Notes: generated by a model not told the origin, from the letters alone. A DNA stretch of 64,000 nucleotides from Squalus acanthias (GCA_030390025.1 CM059432.1:45758001-45822000), one strand, 5' to 3'. Shown: positions 35,453 through 47,894, counted from the stretch's first letter. A program made the numbers and translations.

Positions 35453-38314
35453 TCAGAACCCTGTTCCTGCTTTCTCCCCATATCCCTTGATCCCTTTAGC
35501 CTTAAGAAATATATCCAACTCCTTCTTGAATATATTTAATGAATTGGCCTCTACTGCCTTCTGTGGTAGAGAATTCCACAGATTCACCACTCTCTGGGTG
35601 AATAAATTCCTCCTAATTTCTGTCCTAAATGGCTTACCCCTTATCCTTAGACAGTGACCCCTGGTTCTGGACTCCCCCGCCATCGGGAACATCCTTCCCG
35701 CATCTAGTCTGTCCAGTCCTTTCAGAATTTTATAAGTTTCAATGAGATCCCCTCTCATTCTTCTAAACTCCAGCGAGTATAAGCCCAATCGACCCAATCT
35801 CTCCTCATACGTCATTCCTGCCATCCCAGGTATCAGCCTGGTGAATCTTCGCTGAACTCCTTCCATGGCAAGAACATCCTTCCTCAGATAAGGCGACCAA
35901 AACTGCACACAATACTCAAGATGTGGTCTCACCAAGGCCCTGTACAACTGCAGCAAGACATCCTTGTTCCTGTACTCAAACCCTCTCGCTACGCAGGCCA
36001 ACATACCATTTGCCTTCTTAACCGCCTGCTGCACCTGCATGCTTACCTTCAGCGACTGGTGCACAAGGACACCCAGGTCTCGTTGCACTTCCCCTTCTCC
36101 CAATCTATTGCCATTCAGATAATAATCTGCCTTCCTGTTTTTGACACCAAAGTGGATACCCTCGCATTTATCCACGTTATATTGCATCTGCCATGCTTCT
36201 GCCCAATCACCCAACCTGTCCAAATCATCTTGGAGTTTCTTGGCATCCTCCTCACAGCACACACGCCCACCCAGCTTTGTGTCGTCTGCAAACTTGGAGA
36301 TATTACATCTAGTTCCCTTGTCTAGATCATTAATATATATTGTGAATAGCTGGGGTGCAAGGACCGATCCCTGCGGTACCCCACTAGTCACTGCCTGCCA
36401 CTCGGAAAAAGACCCGTTTATTCCAACTCTTTGCTTTCTGTCTGCCAACCAGTTCTCTATCCAAGTCAATACCTTGCCCCCAATCCCATGTGCCTTAATT
36501 TTACACGCTAACCTCTTATGCGGGACCTTATCAAAAGCCTTTTGAAAGTCCAAATACACCACATCCACTGGTTCTCCCTTATCTATTTTACCAGTTACAT
36601 CCTCAAAAAATTCCAGTAGATTAGTCAAGCACGATTTACCTTTTGTAAATCCATGTTGACTTTGTCCGATGCTGTCACTGTTTTCCAAGTGCTCTGCTAT
36701 TACATCTTTTATGATGGACTCTAGCATTTTCCCCACTACCGATGTCAGGCTTACCGGTCTGTAATTCCCCGTTTTCTCTCTACCACCTTTTTTGAATAGT
36801 GGGGTAACATTAGCTACCCTCCAATCCATGGGTACAGTTCCAGATTCCATCGAATGTTGGAAGATGATCAGCAATGCATCTACTATTTCTAGGGCCACTT
36901 CCTTAAGTACCCTAGGATGTAGATTATCAGGCCCTGGGGATTTATCAGCCTTCAATCCCGCCAATTTCCCTAACACCATTTCCCTACAAATACTGATTTC
37001 ATTCAGTTCCTCCCTTTCATCAGACCCTATGTTCCCCGACATCTCTGGGAGGTTATTTGTGTCCTCCTTTGTGAAGACAGAACCAAAATATGTATTGAAT
37101 TGGTCTGCCATTTCTTTGTTCCCCATTATAAGTTCCCCTGATTCTGACTGCAAGGGACCTACGCTTGACTTCACCAATCTTTTTCTCTTCACATATCTAT
37201 AAAAGCTTTTACAGTCAGTTTTTATGTTCCCTGAAAGCTTCCTCTCATATTCTATTTTCCCCTTCTTAATTACTCCCTTTGTCCTCCTTTGTTGAATCCT
37301 AAACTGCTCCCAATCCTTAGGTTTACTGCTTTTTCTGGCCAATTTATATGTCCTCTCCTTGGATCTTATGCTATCCCTAATTTCCCTTGTTAGCCACGGT
37401 GAAGTCACCTTTTTTGTTTTATTCTTATGCCAAACTGGGATGAACAAATTCTGTAGTTCATCCATGCAGTCTTTGAATGTTTGCCATTGCCTATCCACCA
37501 TCAACCCTTTGAGTGACATTCCCCAATCAATCCTACCCAACTCGCACCTCATACCATCGTAGTTTCCTTTATTTAAATTCAGGACCCTAGTCTCTGAGTC
37601 AACTACTTCACTCTCCATCTTAATGAAGAATTCTGTCATATTATGATCGCTCCGACCCAAGGGGCCTCGCACAACAAGATTGCTAATGAATCCTTTCTCA
37701 TTACATAATACCCAGTCTAAGATGACCTGATCTCCGGTTGGTTCCTCGACATATTGGTCCAGGAAACCATCCCGTATACACTCCAGGAATTCCTCCTCCA
37801 CAGTATTGTTACTAATTTGGTTAGCCCAATCTATATGTAGATTAAAGTCACCCATGATGACTGCTGTGCCCTTATTGCACGCTTCTTTAATTTCCCTTTT
37901 AATGCCATCCCCAACCTCCGCATTACTGTTTGGAGGTCTATATACCACTCCCACTAACGTTTTCTGCCCCTTGGTATTTTTCAGTTCTACCCATACAGAT
38001 TCCACATCATCAGAGCTAATATCCTTCCTTACAATTGTGTTAATCCCCTCTTTAACCAGCAATGCTACGCCACCTCCCTTTCCTTTTTGCCTATCTTTCC
38101 TGAATATTGAATACCCCTGGATGTTGAGTTCCCAGCCTTGGCCACCCTGGAGCCATGTTTTCGTAATCCCAATCAAATCATATTCGTTTACCTCTATTTG
38201 CGCAGCTAATTCATCCACCTTATTCCGAATGCTCCTTGCATTAAGACACAAAGCCTTCAGGCTTGTTTTTTTAACGCTCTTAGACCTATTAGAATTATTA
38301 TTTACTGTGGCCAT
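35453..38314 (-). CDS. CR1 ORF2: AP-like endonuclease plus reverse transcriptase (953 aa, open)
   Basis: APE motifs NARS, GDFN, SDHN; RT motifs NYRPVSL, DFQKAFD, PQGSVL, FADD. Confidence 0.96.
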   Translation of the reverse strand: MATVNNNSNRSKSVKKTSLKALCLNARSIRNKVDELAAQIEVNEYDLIGITKTWLQGGQGWELNIQGYSIFRKDRQKGKGGGVALLVKEGINTIVRKDISSDDVESVWVELKNTKGQKTLVGVVYRPPNSNAEVGDGIKREIKEACNKGTAVIMGDFNLHIDWANQISNNTVEEEFLECIRDGFLDQYVEEPTGDQVILDWVLCNEKGFISNLVVRGPLGRSDHNMTEFFIKMESEVVDSETRVLNLNKGNYDGMRCELGRIDWGMSLKGLMVDRQWQTFKDCMDELQNLFIPVWHKNKTKKVTSPWLTREIRDSIRSKERTYKLARKSSKPKDWEQFRIQQRRTKGVIKKGKIEYERKLSGNIKTDCKSFYRYVKRKRLVKSSVGPLQSESGELIMGNKEMADQFNTYFGSVFTKEDTNNLPEMSGNIGSDEREELNEISICREMVLGKLAGLKADKSPGPDNLHPRVLKEVALEIVDALLIIFQHSMESGTVPMDWRVANVTPLFKKGGREKTGNYRPVSLTSVVGKMLESIIKDVIAEHLENSDSIGQSQHGFTKGKSCLTNLLEFFEDVTGKIDKGEPVDVVYLDFQKAFDKVPHKRLACKIKAHGIGGKVLTWIENWLADRKQRVGINGSFSEWQAVTSGVPQGSVLAPQLFTIYINDLDKGTRCNISKFADDTKLGGRVCCEEDAKKLQDDLDRLGDWAEAWQMQYNVDKCEGIHFGVKNRKADYYLNGNRLGEGEVQRDLGVLVHQSLKVSMQVQQAVKKANGMLACVARGFEYRNKDVLLQLYRALVRPHLEYCVQFWSPYLRKDVLAMEGVQRRFTRLIPGMAGMTYEERLGRLGLYSLEFRRMRGDLIETYKILKGLDRLDAGRMFPMAGESRTRGHCLRIRGKPFRTEIRRNLFTQRVVNLWNSLPQKAVEANSLNIFKKELDIFLKAKGIKGYGEKAGTGF

Positions 38315-38441
38315 GTTTGATTTAAACCGTTGATTTCTCTAACTGCCACTTTTGTTTTTCTCCTTCCTATCTTTTGCTTTTATCCTTTTTACCCTTTCCT
38401 CTGTCTCCCTGCTCAGGTTCCCAACCCCCTGTCATTTTAGT

Positions 38442-39386
38442 TTAAACCCTCCCCCAGAGCACTAGCAAACACTCCCCCAGGACATCGGTCCCAGCCCTGC
38501 CCAGGTGCAAACCGTCCAGTTTGTACTGGTCCCACCTCCCCCAGAACCTGTTCCAATGTCCCAGGAATTTGAATCCCTCCCCCTTGCACCATTCCTCTAG
38601 CCACGTATTCATCTGAAATATCCTTCTATTTCTACTCTGACTAGCACGTGGCACTGGTAGCAATCCGGAGATTACTACCTTTGAGGTCCTATTTTTTAAT
38701 TTACCTCCTAACTCCCTATATTCAGCTTTTAGAACCTCATCCCCTTTTTTACCTATATCGTTGGTACCTATATGCACCACGACAACTGGCTGTTCACCCT
38801 CCCCTTCCAAAATGTTCCGCAGCTGCTCTGAGACATCCTTGACCCTTGCACCAGGGAGGCAACACACCATGCTGGAGTCTCGTTTGCAGCCACAGAAACG
38901 CCTATCTATTCCCCTTACAATAGAATCCCCTATCACTATAGCTCTACCCCTCTTTTTCCTCCCGTCCTGTGCAGCAGAGCCACCCCTGGTGCCAGGAAGT
39001 TGGCTGCTGCTGCCTTCCTCTGATAAGCCATCTCCCCCAACAGTATTCAAAGTGGTATATCTGTTTGAGAGGGGGATGTCCACAGGGGACTCCTGCACTA
39101 CCTGCCTGCGCCTACTACTCTGTCTGTTGGTCACCCATTCCCTTTCTGCCTGTGCATCCTTTGCCTGCGGTGTGACCAACTGCTCAAACGTGATATCCAC
39201 GACGTCCTCAGCATCGTGAATGGTCCAGTATGTATCCAATCGCAGCTCCAGCACCGTAATGTGGTCTGCCAGTAGCTGTTGCTGGATACACTTCCTGCAC
39301 ACATGGTTGTCAGTGGCACAGGAAGTGTCCCTGAGCTCCCACATAGCGCAGGAGGAGCATACCACGGGGCCGAGCTCTCCTGCCAT
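38442..39386 (-). CDS. CR1 ORF1: CxxC zinc finger/coiled coil plus SGNH esterase-like domain
   Basis: CSSC...CRKC, then IVIGDSIVRG, CLPGA, HIGTNDI, DGLHL. Probable 1-nt frameshift in the last ~12 codons. Confidence 0.92.
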   Translation of the reverse strand: MAGELGPVVCSSCAMWELRDTSCATDNHVCRKCIQQQLLADHITVLELRLDTYWTIHDAEDVVDITFEQLVTPQAKDAQAEREWVTNRQSSRRRQVVQESPVDIPLSNRYTTLNTVGGDGLSEEGSSSQLPGTRGGSAAQDGRKKRGRAIVIGDSIVRGIDRRFCGCKRDSSMVCCLPGARVKDVSEQLRNILEGEGEQPVVVVHIGTNDIGKKGDEVLKAEYRELGGKLKNRTSKVVISGLLPVPRASQSRNRRIFQMNTWLEEWCKGEGFKFLGHWNRFWGRWDQYKLDGLHLGRAGTDVLGECLLVLWGRV

Positions 39387-41579
39387 GACTTACCCTTTAA
39401 TTAATTCAAATTAAATTAAATCAAATCAATCTCACCAATTACACTACAGTTAAATGATATACTTAAGGGCCCTGGTTTACCAACAGTCCCCGCTAAACCA
39501 CAGAGAGCTTAGAAACTATAAACCACAGAGTTTAAGTTTAAAAAGAGAGAAATACTCACCAACCAATCACTTACCTGCTTTCTGGACCACCTTCACAGAC
39601 CATCTTTCATTCATAGATTTGACAGGAAGACCTGTCAAATCTATGAATTGAAATCGGCTTCAAAACAACACCTAAACTTCAAATACATTTTTTTTAAAAC
39701 CATCACATTTTTAAAATAACTATAAGTTAAATAAATTAACTACTTTAAACAAAAATTTAAATTTTTGAAAAAATTAAAATACTTTTTAACATTGCTAACA
39801 ATAAACTTACCTTTCTTTAAGGTATCTAAAAAAGATAAACCTGTTGAAAATTTTTTTAAATTGTAATTAATTAACCACTTACCTTGTTAAAAACGGGTCT
39901 TGCGCCTCCTTTTTAAAAGCGCAGCTTCTTCAATACTTACCTTCCTGGAGAAACCTGAAAAAAAACCTAAGTTCACTGCGTGCGTGCAGCCTCTCCCGTG
40001 CACGCGGTTCACCTCTGAACCCCTCCCTTCACGAGACCGGAAGTTCCGGTTTCCCGCGCATGCGCAGTGCATGCAGGAAATCGGCACTTCAGGAGGCCTT
40101 ACGGGTGAGTGCACAATGCGTACTCACCCGGCAAGTACCGAATTTTTGGCCCAATATCTCCTTATTTGGCTCGGTGTCTTTTTTTTATTATTCTTCCATG
40201 AAGCACTTTGAAACATTTTTCTACATTAAAAGCACTATATAAAGTTAGGTTGTTCTTGTTGTAGTGTAGTCAGGAGTTAGTGTGGCAGGTTAACATTATT
40301 AATATAACTTGTAAATGAGTGTTTACCATTTTGTTCTTTAGTGAGGAACTACTGCGAAGGGCACAACAATAATAAACTTAAAATTGCCCCGAGAACATTC
40401 ACTAATATAAAATTATATTTTATTCCCCCCCCCACAATTTTGTGAGTTATTTTTCTTTGAAATTTTTCAGGACTCTGTACGTCAGCCGCTGAACAGATGA
40501 GTACACAAGCTGTTCCTGTGTCTCTGTTAATTCTGTTCCGTCATTGGCCATTTGGGGCTGCAGAAATGTGACACAGATTAACTGGTCCTCCAATTTCCCA
40601 TCTCTCCCTGTGAGGAATTGTCTCCCTTCTACACAATGTTATTCCAGATGGTCTGGCTGAGATTGGCTACTTGCCATAGCGGGAGGGGTGAAGAAATTAC
40701 AGCCGTAAACGTCATCCAGCTCTTTTTGACACAGAATTTTAATGCTCTGACACCATGCCACTAAAATTCTTTTTGTCACTTACCAGCTTTACAGCATGAG
40801 TCTTTCTACATGACCACTGATGTGCCAACAGAAATATCAAAATTTACACTCACAACAGGTAAACTACTTCACGTGCAATCACATGTGATCATTACAGAAA
40901 GAAACTTCACTAATAGCTTCAGGCAGATGGGAAAAGTGACAATTATCTTTAATGGCATGGTAACGTAGGAAGGCTGCAGCATGTAATAGCCTGGAGATAG
41001 TCATCTGAAGCGATGATTCAAGCTGTGAATGCTCGCAGCAGGCCCTGGGCCGTTTACTGGCAACTGCCTGACAGCTTTCAGCGAAACAGCATAAGCTCAG
41101 CAATGGCACTGATGCTGATCTGGCAAAATCAAATGCAACTCAAGCTGGTTTTCTATTAGTCTGAATGTCAGTCAAAGTTCAATGAGACTCAGCAGGCTTC
41201 AGTCAGTTACTTTATTTAAGAAGGTGAATCTGGGACTCGCTGGCTCGCTGTGGCAGCTTGGGATGCGTGAGATAGGCATTTTACATGGACGGTCTGAAGA
41301 AGATTTGACCTTTAAATTCCTCAAGCATGTTCAGGCTAAATATCAGCTCAATCTGAATATCAATTTAGACACTAATTAAAGACTCATATCATACACAGAG
41401 GACAGTGCATCATCAGCAGCAGCAAATTTATAAGTGAAAGAAACCTTACAATTTACTAAAAGCAGTATGATAAACAATTTTGTCTTATTTATGTAATGAT
41501 ATGCATGCTGAAGTCTCTGTGACATTGATCACAACAGCCTGAGCCATTTGTTTCCTTGATGCTACTGGGCCACAGTACA

Positions 41580-41997
41580 TGAAAACAACAATAACAACTT
41601 GTACCTTCATGGTACCTTTTAATAGAACAAAACTCCCAAAGGTGCTTTGCAAAGGAAGAGAGCATTTAAAGATAAAGATGAGAATTTTGAAATCAATACA
41701 ATGGAACAGTGAAAGCCAGCAAGGGCTGGTGTGCTGAGTGATTAGGATTTAATACAGGGTAGGATTCAGGTGGCAACGTTGTGGATGAGCTGGACGTTGT
41801 GTGGGGTAGAATTGGGGAGACAAAGCAAGGAGGCTATTAGAGAACTTAGGATTGGAGGTGATAAACCATGACTGAGTATTTCAGCAGCACTTGGGGTGAG
41901 GTACGGATGGAGTTGCCTGATGTTGCAGAGGTGGAAATGGACAGTCTTGGCAATAGACCAGATGTGAAGTTTGAAGCTGAGGTCAAACAGGACACAT
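41580..41997 (-). mobile_element. Old L2-type LINE fragment
   Basis: Degenerate similarity to 4770-5212. Confidence 0.5.
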
Positions 41998-41999
41998 TA

Positions 42000-44242
42000 G
42001 CCTAGAAATTCGTGACCGCTACAAAAGCTGCCGGTGCCACCGCGGCTGGGTGATAACGGCCGCTAAAAATGGTGGCATTGACAGGACCGAAAAATTGGCG
42101 CTGGGATCTAATTAACATTAGCCCAGTGCTTAACTCATAGTGCAACGCCGTCCTGGTGGTGTTAGTCCTGGCAGCAGGCCCCAGTGTAGCGTGGCCAAAG
42201 CATAGTTGCAGCTCGAACATCCTCTCTGAAAGCGAGACTGTGAATTCAGAAAGAATTGTCAGTTTCTTAAAGGGGCAATGCCTTCTGAGATGAAAAAAAA
42301 ATGCAGTTTTTAGCCCTTACAGCTCAACTGCCTTCTGAAAAAAAATTAACACTAAAAAGAATTCCCAAATGGGAGTCTTCAGCTCTTAAAGCTGAATTCC
42401 CTTCCAGACCTAAAAAAATGGGAAAAGTGCTTCAGCGCTAACACAAATGGCTCAGCAAACCAGGAAAAGGGCACCCAGGGTCTCGCATGCAGCACTCTAG
42501 CTTTGTGCAGGGGGTCAACACTGCAAGAGAGGTCCTCTACCCACAGAGGCCAGGAGGCTCATGAAAGAATGCTGTGGGACCACATTACTGAGGCCATCGC
42601 TGCCAGCAGTGTTGCCCCCATGACCTGGCTCCAGTGCCCAAAGAAGCTTCATGACCTCAGACTACTGGTCAAGGTCAGTGAATGCATCTTCAAAAGCTGT
42701 CTCCTACCAACTGCACCACTAGCCTCACAAACTTCTCAATGCACGACTCCCCCACCCAATCACTCACCTACCAACAATCTGTACCAATCACGAGGCACAG
42801 CTCACATATATCACAATATCCTAGCTTCACCTCACCACCTTGGAGGAGACGATGCTGGATATTCTTGCAGGGGTATGGCTGAACCCTTTGCCAGCGGCGG
42901 GGCTAAAAGCATACAAGATGCTGGTATCCTCAAACATTATCCTCTTTCTCGCATGCACCTCTTGCTTTCCTGCCCGCCCCTCACCACAACTCCACCCTTG
43001 TGCCTTCCTCATTTCACACACTCAAGAAATGCAGCCTGCCCAGCCAGTGATTGACCAAGACGAGGGAGAGAAGAGTGAAGTAGAAGAAGAAGAAGAAGAA
43101 ACGCCGTCACTCGATTTCACACTCCCAGCCACCAGCTCCTCAAGGTCGATTAGCAAGGCCATTTGCAGTGTTCCCCATTGAAAGTCAGCAGCCTTCCACC
43201 AGCCATGCTGCAGCCACTGGGGTAGCACAGCATGACATCAGTAGGATAGGCAAAGGCACACACAAGACAGTCACTAAGAGAATGCATAAGGGTGTTGAGT
43301 TGATTTATTGATGTCATATTGGATGGATAGATGTACAACATTGGATTGGAAAGTTTGCTTTGTGGTAACTTGTATTTCAGCATTGTGGCCAAGAGGATGA
43401 TGTGATGGTCAGTAACAGAGAGAACTTAAGGTGTGGGACAAATGTTGAAAGGGGAGTTGGGGTTGTGATCACTGGTACCACGGGCGGATGATTCCATCCC
43501 GGATATCCTGGCCAGAATGGGACTATCGGGGTTGCATCCTTCCTTCTGCTTCCTCCTCTTCTGCTCCTTCCTCTTCTGCGTCTTCCTCTTCTGTATCTTC
43601 CTCTTCCCTCTGTGAGCAGTTGCTGTAAAACTGAAATAAAAGTATAAAATGTTGTAAATACTCAGCAGGTCAGGCAACATCTCGACCTGAGACGTAAACT
43701 CTGTTTCTCTCTCCACAGATGCTGCCTAACCTGTTGAGTATTTCCAGCATTTTCTTTCTTCGCAGAGGCCTTCCTTTACCATCCAAGGCCTTGTAAGCAT
43801 CCAGCAGCACTTCCTGCATACTTAAAAACTTTTAATATGTATTGCAGCAAGCCATTACTTCAATAAAATAAAAAAGATCCAGTCCAAAAGCTTAAATGCA
43901 AACTTATCTGAAAGATGTGTGTGTCCCTTTAAGAGGTGCTGGCAGCGTCTCTGTCAGTCTACTGAACAGTGGATATTCATGGCAAGCTTTGGACCCAGCG
44001 CTGAACTCGACGCTAAGGTTGAAGTCTGCTGAGGTGATGTTAAGTCAGCGTTGCTTGTCAACTGATGTCACCCTCTCTTCATTTATGTTTCCAGGGCCAG
44101 TGCTGCTATTGGCAGCACTAAGGCCCTCACCAAAATGGCGGCCACCGAGTCCCGCACCAGAGAAGGGCGCTAGAGTGGCAGCCACCATTTTTTGACCGGA
44201 TCATGGCGGTAACTCGTAGTGGTAAGTGGCCAATTTCTAGCC
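42000..44242. mobile_element. Harbinger element A, internally deleted
   Basis: TIRs GCCTAGAAATT / AATTTCTAGCC. Myb-like remnant from ATG 42447 (MAQQTRKRAPR...W..C.KKLHDL..LVK|GT). Transposase reduced to its acidic tail (~43470-43610). Penelope pseudo-LTR piece at ~43625-43760. Confidence 0.8.
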
Positions 44243-44444
44243 TCGTGTCCTCGAGTCTGCCCCTGCACAGGTGCAGGTGGAACAGTCTTTGGCGGGGCCC
44301 TCACAGGCTCCAAAATCCAGAGGATGTCGGCCAGGAGCATCTCAGCAGTCAGTGCTGGGATCTGAGCAGCCTGCCTCTACCTCTGCTGAAGCCACAGGGG
44401 TTGCACCACGTAGAAGTGCTTGGAAAAGTAACAGTAAAGATTTG

Positions 44445-45337
44445 GGGGTAAAAATTCAGTTGGTTGCACCTCCCGTTAGCGCCTTAAGAGGGCGCTAATG
44501 GGGCGCAAAGCCGCTAACGCCCGGGCGCAGCGATGTTTGCGCCGCTCGAGAACTTAACTAGAGATTGTGCGGCGGCGCTAAAACTTACCGCTGCGACCAC
44601 CTGCGCGCGCAGATTGTGACGTCATTCCATGGTGCAACGCCCTTGTGGCGCCCCGGAGCGGAAATTGAGTGGCGCCCCCTGCCTTACCGCCTGGCGCATC
44701 CAACGACCAGAAGACTGGAACGCTATCAATCGCTGTGGGGCTGGGGGGGGCGCTATTTAAAGGGGGCCTCTTCCTGTCTTTTATTGTTGGTGGCATTTTT
44801 GACCTACGCATTCTGAGAGAGAGAGGGAGAGACTTCTGGAGAGATTCAACGTTGTGTGAAGGAGTTTTGGGTACTGAGCAGCACTTTGCAGGTTCATTTT
44901 GATTTGCCATTCCTTGTATCGATTTAGCAGAGACTGTGGGAGCTGCACTCTGAGCTCTTTGCCTGGTACTCTCCATTGTTCTTTCCAGCACATTTGATGT
45001 GCAAGTCTCTCCAGGCCGAGATTCAAGGCTGCAATGAACAGGATGTGGATGGAAAGCAAGATTAACCATCCCCTTTAAGAACTGGCTCGTGCCATTGTGT
45101 GTGTGTTCCATTGCTGACTGACATTACATGAGCTTCGCCAGCGCTCTGAGTTAACGCCTCACTCCTTGGCCTTTGCGCCTTAAGACAGGTGTGCAGCGCC
45201 TGCTTTAGCACTCCACTCACCTCCCGGGGCGGTAAAAGTGAAGTTTCCAGTCAGTGCCGATAATTAGCGCCAGGCGCTAATATTTGCGTCCAGACGATAT
45301 TTGCGCCCCAAATGGGGCGCGACCTAATTTCTACCCC
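44445..45337. mobile_element. GC-rich Harbinger MITE nested in element B
   Basis: TIRs GGGGTAAAAATT / AATTTCTACCCC; TSD TTG. Confidence 0.88.
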
Positions 45338-46159
45338 TTGTAGTTGCATAAGGGTATGTACATGGGTGTGTTACACATTGTTAGAATAGTAAGATTCGGT
45401 TTTATATGTGAGCCACATAAATATTATTTTGCACCACTTTCCCGTCTTGCCCATTCTTGGTTGCTGGTTGGCAAGTGGCCTTTTCAGTTGTGGGATGATG
45501 AATGGGAAGACCTGAATTGACGACGACCAATGGGAGGATGTAAAATGGATGCTTGGTTGTTTGCAGGACTGCTTTGTGTTTGTGGCATTGGTGGGGTGGA
45601 GGCGGTGGGGGGGTGGGGGGAGGGTGCAAAAATGGCGTTTGCATGTGGTTGTTAGATGGGTGCACTGATGGAACCTAACTGAACCTCGCAATAATAAGGG
45701 CATCCCGGGTAGCAATGTGCACCGCTGGTGGTGCACTGCTCACATCACCATCCGTCTCCTCTAACCCCTCCTCCTCATCTTCCTCCTCCTCCTCGGAATC
45801 ATTCAAGAAAGCTCTGTGCTCTTCACCCTGTTGCTCCTGCAGGTCCAAACCTCGCTGCTTTGCAATGTTGTGCAGAGCGCAACACACCACGACCATTCTG
45901 GAGACCCTGGCTGGTGAGTACTAAAGGGTGCCTCCAGATCTGTCAAGGCACCTGAAGCGCATCTTCAGCATGCCAATGGCTTGTTCAATGACACATCTGG
46001 TGGTCATATGGCATTCATTGTATCGCTCCTGTGCCTCATTCCTCGGATTTCTGAGAGGTGTCGTCAGCCACGTTTAAGTGGGTATCCCTTGTCTCTGAGC
46101 AGCCACCCAGTAACTCTACTTCAAGGTGTGAAGAAATCAGGGAGGATGGACTGCCACAG

Positions 46160-47277
46160 TGTGAAGGAATAAGCCATATAACCTATTCAGAAAAATACAC
46201 CATTCTATGAAAGAATTCTGGCCTTATTAAAACATGACAAACTGGGTCTGGAAATCTAGAAACCTAACTGAAAAAGCTGTGATAGCATTCTGGCTATAGA
46301 GATAAGATAGTTGTTGACAGTGAATCAATAACCTTATTGAAACAGAAGGTTAAAGGCTCCCGACAGTCTGAATCTTTGGGAACAAATAATGGTTCACCCT
46401 GTACAAGGTGTTCTAATTTACACTTCGTAAAGAAGCACAAACATCTGCCTTCGTAAAAATGACATCAAGTACAAAACGCACCTGCTGTTACACCGTTTTT
46501 TATGGTAAACTTAGAACACCTAGAGGAGAGACATGATTCTGTAATGCTACCAGCTGAGGTGACTAAGAATTGCAGAAGTCAGCAGAAAAATGACTAGAGA
46601 TAATTAGCTTACATCAGCAGAAAACCTTAAAGGAAATACCACTGGAAAAGGGTATAAATATTGAACTTTCAAATGGGATAGTAGACTCGCTGTAAAGGGG
46701 CAAAGCGATTCTCAGGCATCAGAGGCGGCTCTGTAAGTCTCCAACTCTTTGTACCTTGGGGATCAAAGGTACTGTATTTGATTTTGGTGGATATCCTGTA
46801 CAAAACTAAGAACTGTAAAAGATTTGAGAGTAAGGATCTCTGATAATAAGATTGTAAAGCTTTCTCTTTTTGGAACTGTTAATGTTGCGATTGACTCACC
46901 AACTGTAAACTACATGTTGGTTCTTTAATAAATCTATATATTTTTAGAATTGTCTCACATAAGACTTCTGTATCAAACTCGCAAACTCAATTTCTGTACA
47001 CTCTGGTGAGGAGTTGCAGAATTCTGGGGGAGTTTTCCAGACCCTCATAATATCCGGAACGTTACAGTCTAGCTAAACTTATTAAAAGTGCTATCTGGAG
47101 GACGATAACATTTTCAGGTTGTTCCTTTCCTTTAGGAAGAGATAGTCCGGACCTTTAGATTCAATTAAGCGTCTTTAGGATTCGGCTACCTCAAACTTTA
47201 GTTGAAAGTGAATGTCTGAGGAATACGCCTGATCTGGGGTAGCCCTAAAGGGGCTAGGGCTAGTAATTATCCCTTCA
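46160..47277 (+). mobile_element. Solo LTR (1118 bp) inserted in the transposase
   Basis: TGTGAAGG...CCTTCA ends; 4-bp TSD ACAG; TATAAATA at ~46654; AATAAA at ~46927. Confidence 0.88.
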
Positions 47278-47894
47278 ACAGGACGAAGGCATCGTGGCAA
47301 CTGCCCGGGAATCTTACGCACACCTGCATAAAGATCTTTTTGTGGTTGCACACCAGCTGCACATTGATGGAGTGGAAGCACTTGCGGTTGACGAACACTC
47401 CTGGGTGTTCTATGGGTGCTTGAATTGCCACATGCGTGCAGTCGATGATGCCCTGCACCTGTGGGAAGCCAGCCAGAGTCACAAACCCGAGCGCCCACTC
47501 ATTCTGATTGGCGTCATTGCAGGCAAAGTTGACATAATTGCTGGTCCTGGCAAAGAAGCCATCAGTCACCTATCTTATGCAATTGTGTGCCACCAACTGG
47601 GAGATCCTGCAAATGTCTCCAGATGAGCCCTGGAAGAATGCAAAGGCAAAAAAGTTGAGGGCGGTGGTGACTTTTGACTGTTACCGGTAAAGAATGGCCT
47701 CCAGGTCCAGCTGGCAGCAGGTCTTTTTCCAGAAGGCTGCAAATGTCTGCCACCACCTGATGCGACACCCTGAGCCTCCTGAGACACTGGTGTTCTGACA
47801 GGTCTGACAGACCCAGTGTGCGGGGTATGGCCTCCAGCGAGCTGCACCTCTCTGCTGATCCATTCTGTCCTGTGGAGCTACAGGTCTGTGAGCA

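Larger units (their letters stand above)
35353..39595 (-). mobile_element. Near full-length CR1 LINE
   Basis: 5'UTR, ORF1, ORF2, 3'UTR and (TTTCTATG)n tail all present. Confidence 0.95.
35146..40152. mobile_element. 760-bp MITE family copy 4 (divergent subfamily), split by a CR1
   Basis: Left part 35146-~35352 and right part ~39596-40152; TIRs GGCCCAGAAATT / AATTTTTGGCCC; TSD AAT. Confidence 0.87.

Noticed and set aside
35921..39219. Plus-strand ORFs of 130-175 aa
   Set aside because: Antisense shadows of CR1 ORF1/ORF2.
40471..40858. Plus-strand exon-like segment (TTTTTCAG| ... CAG|GTAAAC)
   Set aside because: Stops in all frames; a non-coding exon cannot be supported without transcripts.
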